Source of the DNA: Candidatus Dojkabacteria bacterium
GTDB taxonomy: Bacteria > Patescibacteriota > Dojkabacteria > SC72
Direction of reading: 5' to 3'
Length of the DNA: 64,000 nt
Assembly (NCBI GenBank): GCA_012513575.1
Contig: JAAZBX010000002.1
Location: 104,574 to 168,573 of the forward strand
Below the pieces are notes generated by a model, which saw only the letters and a list, made by a program, of their open reading frames with translations, did no database searches and had not been told where the DNA came from. Shown piece by piece: positions 47,115 to 56,180 of this stretch. The first letter of the stretch is position 1, and each line of letters starts with the position of its first letter. Made by a program: the position numbers and the translations under genes.

Positions 47115-49616
47115 ATGTATTCAGAAGATATTTATGCACAAGTATTTGGACCTACGCTAGGGGATTCGGGTAGCGAAACATCTACCAGGTACAAAGATAA
47201 TTCCTATGATACTTTCGATATGGATATTCCTTGGGGGTGGATTTCTTTCTCTATTGTTCTAATTGCTCTTGTTGTATTAGGCTTTTTGTATATAAAAAAG
47301 AATCTCAAGAAGAAGGATAGAAATGAAAAAGCGAGTGATGGTATTCTAATGGAAATTCGGGTACCTAAAGGCAATGAAGTAGAGATAGGATCAGCAGAAA
47401 AGATGTTTGCAAATCTTTATGGTATTGGAGGAAAAGCAGATGGGATAGCCGAGAAATTTAGTGTAAGTAACTGTGTCACTTTCGAAATGGTAGGATTGCC
47501 GGGAGAAATACGCTTCTTTGTTCATTGTCCTAGGAAATATGCAGATATGGTTGAGAAACAAATACTTGGCTCATATCAAGATGCAGATGTCTCTGTTGTA
47601 GACGAATATAATATATTTGCCCCGAAATCAGAAATTGCATATGCGAGGCTTGTATTAGACGAGGATTCATATGCCCCGATAAGAACAGCTGAAAGCTTTA
47701 CTGGCGATCCTATGGCAAATGTTCTTAGCACATTGAGTAAAATGTCTGAACAGGAGGGTGCGATTGTTCAACTTGCTGTTGCTCCTACTGACAATCGATG
47801 GCAGAAGAATGGTAGTGGGTTTGTTCAGAACATTGAAAAAAACAATTCTGATCCAGAAAAAAAGAAGATAAATGTCCCTCAAGAGAAGATACAAGCGATA
47901 AACAAGAAAATCTCTAAGCCTGGATTAATCTCAGAGATTAGAGTAGTTACTAGTGCTCCAACTAAGGAATTTGCAAAAATGCATTTAGATAATATTCTTG
48001 CTGCTTTTGATCAATATTCTAATCCAGGAATAAACAAGTTGAAGAAGAAAAAGATAAAAGATAGTGAAGAGATGTCTTTTCTTTACGATGTAATTTATAG
48101 AAGGACACCTGAGAGTGAGAAAAGTATTCTTAATATTGAAGAATTGGCTGGTTTGTACCACTTCCCAAACAAGGAAATTACAACACCAAATATTTTTTGG
48201 CTTCTTTCTAAAGAGCTTCCAGCAGGGAATGAGATAAGTTCGGATATAAATTCAAGAGACGCAATTTGGCTTGGGAATAACTATTTCCGAGGGAAAAGAA
48301 AGATGATTTGCTTCCAAAGAGATGACCGAAGAAGGCATGCGTACATTTTGGGACAAACAGGTACAGGGAAATCATGGTTGATGGTTAGAATGATGATTCA
48401 AGATATTTATAATGGTGATGGATGTTGTTTTATTGATCCTCACGGTTCAGCAGCTGAGATGCTTTTAGAGAGGATTCCACCTGAGAGGGCAGAGGATGTT
48501 ATCTATTTTAATGCTGCCGATTTTGACAGGCCATTTGGGTTGAATATTATGGAATTCTATAACGAGCAACATAAGCATCAAATTGTAAACAGCTTCTTAG
48601 CTTTGTTAATAAGATTGTTCGATCCAAATAATCAGGGGTATGCTGGGCCTGCTTTCCAGCAAGCAGTTAGAAACTCAATGCTTACAGCCATGTCTAAGCC
48701 AGGTTCTACATTGGTTGAAGTTGTGAGAATTCTTCAGGACGAAGAATGGGTCATGAACTACTGGTTACCCTTAATTAAAGATGAAATGGTACTTGGATAT
48801 TGGACTGACCAGGTAGCGAAGACGGATAAGAAGACAAAGGCTGAGTCATTGACTTACTTTATTTCTAAATTCGATAAATTTACAACAAACTTAGCCATTC
48901 GAAATATTATTGGTCAATCAGAATCATCTTTTGATTTTAGAAAGATCATGGATGAAGGAAAGATTCTCATTGTAAATCTTTCAAAAGGTTTGATAGGGGA
49001 TGAAAATATGTCTTTTCTTGGTTTGTTGATTGTTCAGAAACTTTTAGCTGCTGCTTTGAGTAGAGAGAACATCCCAGAAGAGGAGAGGAAGGATTTCTTT
49101 TTCTATGCAGATGAGTTCCAGAATTTTGCTACGGAGGAGTTTAATTCAATTCTTTCAGAGGCAAGGAAATATAGACTGAATTTGACACTAGCACATCAAT
49201 ATATTGGACAACTTCCAGAGGATATTAAGAATGCAGTTTTTGGAAATGTTGGTTCTCTCTTTATTACAAGGTGTAGTCCTGAAGATGCACAGTTCCTAGA
49301 GACTCCGTTTGAAGGGTATGTGACAGCTTCAGACATAGTCAATCAGTCGATGGGGCATTGGTATACCAAACTCCTTAATAACGGCTCGTATCCCTCTCCT
49401 TTCTCATTGGTAAGTTCGTATGGCCCGAAGTTTCCTGATTCGGGGTTTGATTTGCCAGTAAACAAAGAAGTTACAGGCATTATTAAGGAGATGTCTAGGA
49501 GAAAGTATGGTAGAGATGTAAATGTTGTTGCTAATGATATCCGCACTAGAGCTCAGCTTGATAGGAAGGAAGAGCAAGCTCAGAATCCAGCCCCTGGATT
49601 TCCCCCAATCTTTTAG
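47115..49616 (+). CDS. Membrane-anchored VirB4/TrbE-like or TraD/TrwB-like ATPase of the FtsK/HerA superfamily
   Basis: It has an N-terminal TM helix, a mid-protein Walker A motif (ILGQTGTGKSWLMV), a DPHG block (CFIDPHGSAAE) and a Walker B motif (FYADEFQNF). Its 833-aa length and the Walker A position fit VirB4. Confidence 0.55.
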   Translation: MYSEDIYAQVFGPTLGDSGSETSTRYKDNSYDTFDMDIPWGWISFSIVLIALVVLGFLYIKKNLKKKDRNEKASDGILMEIRVPKGNEVEIGSAEKMFANLYGIGGKADGIAEKFSVSNCVTFEMVGLPGEIRFFVHCPRKYADMVEKQILGSYQDADVSVVDEYNIFAPKSEIAYARLVLDEDSYAPIRTAESFTGDPMANVLSTLSKMSEQEGAIVQLAVAPTDNRWQKNGSGFVQNIEKNNSDPEKKKINVPQEKIQAINKKISKPGLISEIRVVTSAPTKEFAKMHLDNILAAFDQYSNPGINKLKKKKIKDSEEMSFLYDVIYRRTPESEKSILNIEELAGLYHFPNKEITTPNIFWLLSKELPAGNEISSDINSRDAIWLGNNYFRGKRKMICFQRDDRRRHAYILGQTGTGKSWLMVRMMIQDIYNGDGCCFIDPHGSAAEMLLERIPPERAEDVIYFNAADFDRPFGLNIMEFYNEQHKHQIVNSFLALLIRLFDPNNQGYAGPAFQQAVRNSMLTAMSKPGSTLVEVVRILQDEEWVMNYWLPLIKDEMVLGYWTDQVAKTDKKTKAESLTYFISKFDKFTTNLAIRNIIGQSESSFDFRKIMDEGKILIVNLSKGLIGDENMSFLGLLIVQKLLAAALSRENIPEEERKDFFFYADEFQNFATEEFNSILSEARKYRLNLTLAHQYIGQLPEDIKNAVFGNVGSLFITRCSPEDAQFLETPFEGYVTASDIVNQSMGHWYTKLLNNGSYPSPFSLVSSYGPKFPDSGFDLPVNKEVTGIIKEMSRRKYGRDVNVVANDIRTRAQLDRKEEQAQNPAPGFPPIF

Positions 49617-49660
49617 GTCTTCTAAAAAGAGTAAAGTTTTGATAGAATTGTTGGATTAAT

Positions 49661-49737
49661 GGGAATATAGCTCAGGTGGTTAGAGCGCGGTTCTTATAAA
49701 GCCGTGGTCGGTGGTTCGAGTCCACCTATTCCCACCA
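49661..49737 (+). tRNA. tRNA-Ile (genomic anticodon TAT; decodes AUA)
   Basis: The acceptor strands GGGAATA and TATTCCC pair. The anticodon loop is CTTATAA, the T-loop is GGTTCGAGTCC, and the 3' CCA is encoded. Confidence 0.8.
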
Positions 49738-49750
49738 TAGAAAGATATCA

Positions 49751-50341
49751 ATGAGGAGATACAAAATATCACAAATGCAAGAAAAAGATATACCCGAAGT
49801 AATTAACTTTCACAATAATTATCTAGGGGAGAGAGATTTTATTAATGAAAGAGAGCTATTAGATAGGTTGGAATCAAATAGGGGCATTTTTCTTGTTGCA
49901 AAAGATGAGGATGAGAAAATAGTTGGAATTAAGCTTTCCTTTATAGAGAACGATGTATGCCTAGGAAGGGGAGTCGCAGTAGATAAAAATTTCAGGAGAT
50001 TAGGAATCGGAAAGGAGTTAGTAAGTATTTTTGAATTAGAGTTGAAAAAATTTCCAGGTGTAAAAAAGTATGTATTTGCTTCATCAACACAAGAAGGAGT
50101 TCCATTTCATATCAAATTGGGATACAAACCTTTAATATTACTGCAATCAGAAAACAATGTTCTGTTAGAGGGTATGGATTTTAATATGTTTACAGTTAGA
50201 GAGAAGCTGTTTAATAAAGAATACAATGTATATCAAGTATACCTAGAATCAGATAAGGAGCTTGATTTAAACTTTCTTTCAAAGATTAAAGCTCAATATC
50301 CGGAATTAGAAATTACCTATTTATTTGAAAAAATTCTTTAA
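49751..50341 (+). CDS. GNAT-family N-acetyltransferase
   Basis: It has the acetyl-CoA-binding motif VAVDKNFRRLGIGKELV. Confidence 0.65.
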   Translation: MRRYKISQMQEKDIPEVINFHNNYLGERDFINERELLDRLESNRGIFLVAKDEDEKIVGIKLSFIENDVCLGRGVAVDKNFRRLGIGKELVSIFELELKKFPGVKKYVFASSTQEGVPFHIKLGYKPLILLQSENNVLLEGMDFNMFTVREKLFNKEYNVYQVYLESDKELDLNFLSKIKAQYPELEITYLFEKIL

Positions 50342-51225
50342 AGTTCCTTTAGTGCTTTCTCCTCTTTGCCAACACTCTTAAGAATATTTAAATACTTCTC
50401 TGTTGTAGAGAGTCTCTTGTGTCCTACCAATTTTGAAACGGTTGGTAATCCTACACCATTGGCTAAGTGATGAGCAATAAAAGTATTTCTTAAATCATTA
50501 ACCTTCGCATTTTTTATTCCAGCTCTCTCAAACGACTTGTCTATTGCTGTCCTAATATTTCTAACAAGCAAGGGTCTTCCGTTCTTAGTAACAAAAACGG
50601 TATCATCCTCTGTCTCAGGCCTTACAAGAATGTAGTCATCTAATGCTTTCTTTGCTGATTTGTTTAGTGGAACTTTTCTTGAAGGATGGCTTCCTGCTGC
50701 TTTTATATAGAGAAAATCTATTTTCCCATCTTTTGATTTTCTAATATCTTCTATTGAAAGTGCTGCCAACTCTCCGATTCGTATCCCTGTTTGAAGTAAA
50801 ATCTCAACAATAGAGTAGAGCCTAATATCAACTCTACTTACATCTCTTAACGCCCTATACTCCATTTCTGATAGCACTCTAGGTGGCTTAAGTTCAAATC
50901 GGGGGTGAGCCAATTTTTCGGAAACGTTATCAGGAATATAACTATGATCTAGCAAATATCTGAAGAATGTCCTAGTGCTGTTAATTTTTCTAGATACACT
51001 TTTTGGGGTGTAATTATTGTCCTGTAGGTTTTGTCTATATCCCTCAAGGTCTTCAATTGTAACCTTGTCCAAGGAGTTAATTCCAATCTTGGAAAAGTAG
51101 TTTAGAAGCTGTTCTATGTCTTTGGCGTATGCAATGACTGTAGATTCAGAACGGTTTTTTGCTTCTAGATCTTTAGTAAATAGGTCAGCTTTATCCTTAA
51201 AATTAACATTGTTGATTCCGCTCAC
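50338..51225 (-). CDS. Tyrosine site-specific recombinase (XerC/XerD-like integrase family)
   Basis: It has an N-terminal SAM-like domain. The catalytic core has R...HxxR (IAHHLANG) and LGHKRLSTTEKYLNI with the catalytic Tyr. Confidence 0.85.
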   Translation of the reverse strand: MSGINNVNFKDKADLFTKDLEAKNRSESTVIAYAKDIEQLLNYFSKIGINSLDKVTIEDLEGYRQNLQDNNYTPKSVSRKINSTRTFFRYLLDHSYIPDNVSEKLAHPRFELKPPRVLSEMEYRALRDVSRVDIRLYSIVEILLQTGIRIGELAALSIEDIRKSKDGKIDFLYIKAAGSHPSRKVPLNKSAKKALDDYILVRPETEDDTVFVTKNGRPLLVRNIRTAIDKSFERAGIKNAKVNDLRNTFIAHHLANGVGLPTVSKLVGHKRLSTTEKYLNILKSVGKEEKALKEL

Positions 51226-51374
51226 GATTACTTTTGGCTCAATTTAAGGGGCATTTGTTTAATATAGAGTAATTATATCACCACTCATGTGGGAGGGCAA
51301 TAGTAATTGTATATGGGTCAGTTGCTCTTTTGGTCGTACTGGTCTCTTTTCTGTTTTTAATATATATTTGACTA

Positions 51375-51830
51375 ATGGATAGAGTAATTTACAAACCCAA
51401 AAAAGATTTCATAAACAACGAAGAAGAGAAAAGCAAGAATCCTATAAATTCTGTTATAGGGAACTCTTTCGTAAAGATTGTTTTAATAGGTGTTTCACTA
51501 TTTCTTTTTTACAGTATATATAATTCGGTTATAATTACATATCAAAAAATTGAAATCTCTAAACATGCGAGAGAGGAAGTCGATAAACTTAGATTGGAAA
51601 ATTTGAAGTTAGCTCTTTCTCTTGAATCAATGAGTTCACAAGAGTATATAGAAGTTCAGGCCAGAGACAGATTAAATTTTTCTGGTAGTGATGAATATAT
51701 TTTTGTAATACCTGATAGTACTCTAAAATCAGCACAGGAACAGATTCAGGTGTTTTTCTCTGAACCAGAAGAGAAGACAGATACTCAAGTATATGAGGTA
51801 TGGATTGATTTTCTTAAAAACGGTATTTGA
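51375..51830 (+). CDS. Septum formation initiator family protein (FtsB/DivIC-like)
   Basis: It has an N-terminal TM helix, a coiled coil (VDKLRLENLKLALSLESM) and a conserved EYIEVQARDRLNF block. Confidence 0.6.
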   Translation: MDRVIYKPKKDFINNEEEKSKNPINSVIGNSFVKIVLIGVSLFLFYSIYNSVIITYQKIEISKHAREEVDKLRLENLKLALSLESMSSQEYIEVQARDRLNFSGSDEYIFVIPDSTLKSAQEQIQVFFSEPEEKTDTQVYEVWIDFLKNGI

Positions 51831-51871
51831 ATACATTATATAAAAGGGTTATAATGACTTCATATCGCTAA

Positions 51872-51946
51872 CGCGGGGTAGAGCAGTGGAAGCTCGTTAG
51901 GCTCATAACCTAAAGGTCGTCGGTTCGAGTCCGACCCCCGCAACCA
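51872..51946 (+). tRNA. Initiator tRNA-fMet (anticodon CAT)
   Basis: It has a C1xA72 acceptor mismatch, an A11:T24 D-stem pair, the anticodon loop CTCATAA, and an encoded CCA. Confidence 0.75.
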
Positions 51947-52087
51947 TTTTCTCCATCTATTTATACTAGACAACAATTTCTTTACAGATTTCTTTTTTTA
52001 GTCAAAAAAATACAATGTCTATTGTAAAATTATATATATCAAGCTACCATTGTTTTGTAATAAATATATAAGTTTATTATTAACAAA

Positions 52088-52555
52088 ATGAAAATATCAG
52101 TAGTGTATGACTCAAAGTTTGGTAATACTCAAAAGATAGCAGAAACGATAAAAGAAGTTGTTGAAAGGGGAAATGAAGTTAAAGTAATTCATGTTACGGA
52201 TACAAAGATAAAGGATATTGAGAGCCCCGATATAGTAATAATAGGTTCACCAACTCATGCGGGGAATGTATCAGAAGCAACGAAGGTACTTCTTAATATG
52301 ATTCCTAAGGACTCGTTAAAAAATAAGCCTTTTGCAGTATTTGATACAAGTGTTGCTTCTTTTGGTCAGAATATCTTTATGAAAGGTATTATCAAATTTT
52401 TTGGCTATTCAGCTCCTAAGATGGCAAACGTATTGAAGAAAAGAGGGGCAAAGATAGTTTCGATTCAGTCTTTCTTTGTAATGGGAATGAAAGGCCCTTT
52501 AAAAGAAGATGAAATAAAACGAGTAAAAAATTGGGCTAAAGGTATAATTGAGTAA
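52088..52555 (+). CDS. Flavodoxin-like protein
   Basis: It begins MKISVVYDSKFGNTQKIAE, which contains the FMN-binding loop. Its size, 155 aa, fits. Confidence 0.7.
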   Translation: MKISVVYDSKFGNTQKIAETIKEVVERGNEVKVIHVTDTKIKDIESPDIVIIGSPTHAGNVSEATKVLLNMIPKDSLKNKPFAVFDTSVASFGQNIFMKGIIKFFGYSAPKMANVLKKRGAKIVSIQSFFVMGMKGPLKEDEIKRVKNWAKGIIE

Positions 52556-53486
52556 TATGATAACAGTAACAGGATATATAAACCCTGACATCGATTGTGT
52601 CGCCTGTTCAATAGGGTATGCTGAGTTTCTAAGAAAAGGTCTTAAAGAAGCTCAAGCAGTATATTCTGGGGATATAGGAAAAGAGTCTGAATTTGTAAAA
52701 AAATACTTGGGGTATTTAAGTATTCTGCATGTATCTGGGGGACTTGAAGAGGATCAGATTGTATTGGTGGACACTTCAGACGTTGAATCAATAGATTTAA
52801 GCATTAAAAAGGAGAATATCATCGAAGTTATTGACCATCGAAAGCTTTCATATATTCATGATTTCCCCAAGGCGAAGATGCAAATAGATTTGGTTGGCTC
52901 TTGTGCGACATTAATTACTGAGAGATTTCATGATAATGGCATTATCCCATCGAAAGAATCCGTGATACTGCTTTTCTCTGCAATAGTGTCTAATACTGTA
53001 AATTTTATGAGTAATGTAACAACACAAAGGGACAAAGACATGGCGAATTGGCTAAAAAAATATGCAAATATCCCTCAAGATTATATCTCAGATATGTTTG
53101 AATATAAGTCAGAAATAAACAGGAAAAACATTGAGGAGGTATTAACAGAGGAGTTTAAGCAGTATACAATTTTGGGTAAAAAAATTGGAATAGTGCAATT
53201 AGAGATAACCGAAGCTATTCGTAGGGTCTCAGAATTGGAAAATGACCTAAGGGAGAAGCTTTGTAAAATTAAGAGTGATAAGGAGTTAGATTATTTGCTT
53301 TTGTCTTGTGTAGATATTAAAGAAGGATTTAATTATTTCTTAACAATAGATTCGGAGTCCTCAGATTTTTTTGAAAAGGCCCTTGGAATTACCGCTGTTT
53401 ATGATGGTGTAAAGTCGGAGGGTATTTATATGAGAAAGGAGATATATCCAAAATTAGTAAAGTATTTAGAAGACAGAAAGTATTGA
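52548..53486 (+). CDS. DHH-family phosphoesterase-like protein (PpaC-like), with DHH altered to DHR
   Basis: Motif I/II is GYINPDIDCVACSIGYAEF. The motif III position reads VIDHRK instead of DHH. Confidence 0.45.
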   Translation: MSNMITVTGYINPDIDCVACSIGYAEFLRKGLKEAQAVYSGDIGKESEFVKKYLGYLSILHVSGGLEEDQIVLVDTSDVESIDLSIKKENIIEVIDHRKLSYIHDFPKAKMQIDLVGSCATLITERFHDNGIIPSKESVILLFSAIVSNTVNFMSNVTTQRDKDMANWLKKYANIPQDYISDMFEYKSEINRKNIEEVLTEEFKQYTILGKKIGIVQLEITEAIRRVSELENDLREKLCKIKSDKELDYLLLSCVDIKEGFNYFLTIDSESSDFFEKALGITAVYDGVKSEGIYMRKEIYPKLVKYLEDRKY

Positions 53487-53541
53487 TTAACAATGTTTCT
53501 GGTGCTAGAATAGCCCTTGTTTAATTGTCAACCATCACTAT

Positions 53542-54099
53542 ATGCCAATTACCGCACAACCTGTTAAAGGAATGTATCTTCTTGAAGAGGGAAGAGTCTT
53601 TATCTTGCAAGATAGAAAATTAAAGACCCAAGGCAGACAGGGAGGGTTGATTATTCTTAAGATGAAAGCTTTGGATAGTGGACAAATTGTTACTAAAACA
53701 ATTAAGGCTGGTGCCAAGGTGGAATATATTGAGCCTGAGACAAAAGAGGTTCAGTTTCTTTACTCTGATAGCGAAGGTTCATTCTTTATGGATTCGGAGA
53801 CCTTTGAGACAATTATGATTCCCAAAGATGTTATAGGTAGTTATGTACAATTTCTTAAGGAAGGAGAATCTGTTTTGGTTATGCTTTTTGATGGTAAAAT
53901 TCTCTCAGTAAAAGAGCAGCCTTCTGTGTCTCTTAAAGTTATAGAATCTAGTGATGCAGTAAGAGGGAATACTTCCAACTCTGCAACTAAAGAGATTGTT
54001 TTAGAGACAGGCTACAAGGTACATGTCCCATTGTTCATAAAAGTAGGGGATGTGCTGAAGATAAATACTGAAACAGGAGCCTATTCAGGGAAGGCTTAA
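53542..54099 (+). CDS. efp: Elongation factor P
   Basis: It has a three-domain, 185-aa EF-P layout (KGMYLLEEGRVFIL...). The tip loop reads KTQGRQGG where KPGKG is expected. Confidence 0.75.
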   Translation: MPITAQPVKGMYLLEEGRVFILQDRKLKTQGRQGGLIILKMKALDSGQIVTKTIKAGAKVEYIEPETKEVQFLYSDSEGSFFMDSETFETIMIPKDVIGSYVQFLKEGESVLVMLFDGKILSVKEQPSVSLKVIESSDAVRGNTSNSATKEIVLETGYKVHVPLFIKVGDVLKINTETGAYSGKA

Positions 54100-54162
54100 T
54101 CAAGTCTGAGAGGCTCTTCTGGTTGGTAAGTAATACATTTCTTTGGTATAATCAATATGCTC

Positions 54163-54236
54163 GGTGGGATAGCTCAGTCGGTTAGAGCATGGGATTCATA
54201 AACCCAAGGTCGGTGGTTCGATTCCACTTCCCACCA
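54163..54236 (+). tRNA. Elongator-type tRNA with anticodon CAT (Met, or Ile if lysidine-modified)
   Basis: The acceptor strands GGTGGGA and TCCCACC pair, with a G1-C72 pair. The anticodon loop is TTCATAA and the T-loop is GGTTCGATTCC. There is no encoded CCA. Confidence 0.8.
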
Positions 54237-54246
54237 TACATTTTTT

Positions 54247-56163
54247 GTGTTTTACCTAATTTTGATTACTCATAAGATGGAAGATAAAAGAAAAAAACAG
54301 GTTAAGGGGAAAAAGGACAATGTATATGTTGTTGATATTAGGAAATTACCTAAAGGAAAAATGCTCAAAATCTCTAGTTTTGGTGTAATTCTTCTAATTA
54401 CATTGCTTCTTTCAGCAGTTGTGTTTTTGTATAGAGCATTCTCTTACAAGGGAGAGGAAGTATCGGTAAGTAAGATAGTCTCTGAGATTTCTCAGAAAAA
54501 TTACGAGAAGATAATACTTAGGGATGATATGGTTGTTCTTGAGCAAAAAGAGGAGATAGATGGGAAGCCAGTTGTGATAAAAAAGTTCGCGATGATTCCA
54601 GTCAAAATGGATTTCTATCAAGTTCTTTCCGATTCTGATATTGATATCAAAGAATTAGGAGATGATTTCTATGAGCCGAAAGTTGGCATTACATTTGGGG
54701 ATGTAATAACGCTAGTTTTCTTTGGTTCTGTTTTGGTTTTTGGATACATGATGATTAAAAATATGCAAGCTCAAGGAGGGAAAATAATGGATTTTGGAGA
54801 GAGCAAAGCAAGATTACTCTTTGGGAAAAAGACGGGTATCTCGTTTGATGATGTCGCAGGAGTTGATGATTCAAAACAGGAACTTACTGAGATTGTAGAT
54901 TTTCTAAAAAATCCGAAGAAATATAGAGATTTAGGAGCTAGAATCCCAAAGGGGGTACTTCTTGCAGGTGCTCCAGGAACGGGTAAAACACTTTTAGCAA
55001 AAGCTGTAGCTGGTGAAGCAGAGGTTCCATTTTTCCATACATCAGGTTCTGAATTTGAAGAAATGCTTGTTGGAGCCGGAGCATCAAGGGTAAGAGATCT
55101 GTTTAAGAAAGCCAGAAAAGCTGCCCCGTGTATCATTTTCATTGACGAGATTGATGCTGTGGCCAAAAAGAGAGGTACAGTTCTTCATTCTGGGGCAGGT
55201 GAGCAAACATTAAATCAGATTTTGGTTGAAATGGATGGGTTGGAAGATAGGGAGAATGTAATTGTTCTTGCAGCAACAAACAGGCCAGATGTTCTTGACC
55301 CGGCAATTTTGCGACCAGGAAGGTTTGATAGAATGGTTGTTGTTCATATGCCAGATGCTCAGGGGAGAAAAGAAATTCTTGAAGTTCATGCAAAGAACAA
55401 AAAGTTTGCAAAGGATGTAGATTTAGGAACATTGGCCAAGAAAACAATTGGATATTCAGGTGCAGATTTAGAAAATATCTTGAACGAGGCAGCGATAATG
55501 GCTGCTCAAGATGGGGACAAAGAAATAGGGCAGGATGATCTTGCAGAGGCATTCCTTAAGGTAAAACTTGGTAGAAAGAAGAATCCGGAGAAAGAGCAAG
55601 AAGATTTAAAGAAGACTGCATATCATGAAGCTGGGCATGCAATTGTTGCGAAATTTACACCTGCTTCTGATCCAGTTGAACAGGTTTCAATTATCCCAAG
55701 AGGGATGTCAGGGGGTGTTACGGTATACTTACCAGAGAAGGAAAGAAAAACTCTTTACAGGAATCAGATGTTAGCATGGTTAAGAAGTGGTGTGGCTGGA
55801 AGAGCCTCTGAGGATTTGTTCCTTGACGATATCTCCTCTGGTGCATCGGCAGATATTGAGCAAGCAACTGAGGTTGCAAAGGAAATGGTAATGAAGTACG
55901 GAATGAGTGAAAAACTTGGAATGGTAAAGTATGGAGATTTAGATGAGACTACACATTTGGGATATTCATATGGGGGTGGAAGGGATTTCAGTGAGGAGAC
56001 AGCAAAAATGATTGATGCAGAAGTGAAACGTTTAATTAGTGAGGCATACGAAGATGCTAAGAAGGTGCTTACTGAACATAAGGAGGATGTTGAGAAATTA
56101 GTAGCTGTTCTTCTTGAGAAAGAAGTTGTAACCAGAGAGGAATTTGATGCTCTCTTTGTGTAG
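54247..56163 (+). CDS. ftsH: ATP-dependent zinc metalloprotease FtsH
   Basis: It has an N-terminal TM pair, an AAA Walker A motif (GAPGTGKTLLAKAVAGEA), an SRH region and the HEAGHAIVA zinc site. The start may be at 54277. Confidence 0.95.
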   Translation: MFYLILITHKMEDKRKKQVKGKKDNVYVVDIRKLPKGKMLKISSFGVILLITLLLSAVVFLYRAFSYKGEEVSVSKIVSEISQKNYEKIILRDDMVVLEQKEEIDGKPVVIKKFAMIPVKMDFYQVLSDSDIDIKELGDDFYEPKVGITFGDVITLVFFGSVLVFGYMMIKNMQAQGGKIMDFGESKARLLFGKKTGISFDDVAGVDDSKQELTEIVDFLKNPKKYRDLGARIPKGVLLAGAPGTGKTLLAKAVAGEAEVPFFHTSGSEFEEMLVGAGASRVRDLFKKARKAAPCIIFIDEIDAVAKKRGTVLHSGAGEQTLNQILVEMDGLEDRENVIVLAATNRPDVLDPAILRPGRFDRMVVVHMPDAQGRKEILEVHAKNKKFAKDVDLGTLAKKTIGYSGADLENILNEAAIMAAQDGDKEIGQDDLAEAFLKVKLGRKKNPEKEQEDLKKTAYHEAGHAIVAKFTPASDPVEQVSIIPRGMSGGVTVYLPEKERKTLYRNQMLAWLRSGVAGRASEDLFLDDISSGASADIEQATEVAKEMVMKYGMSEKLGMVKYGDLDETTHLGYSYGGGRDFSEETAKMIDAEVKRLISEAYEDAKKVLTEHKEDVEKLVAVLLEKEVVTREEFDALFV

Positions 56164-56180
56164 TTAGTGTAGAATACAGT

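Noticed and set aside
38442-51225. An integrative conjugative element spanning the pilin array through the integrase
   Set aside because: The essential housekeeping genes smpB, and downstream efp, ftsH and polA, are interleaved or adjacent. No flanking direct repeat of the tRNA 3' ends was found by eye. A chromosomal apparatus seems more likely, and the possibility is kept only as a low-interest finding.
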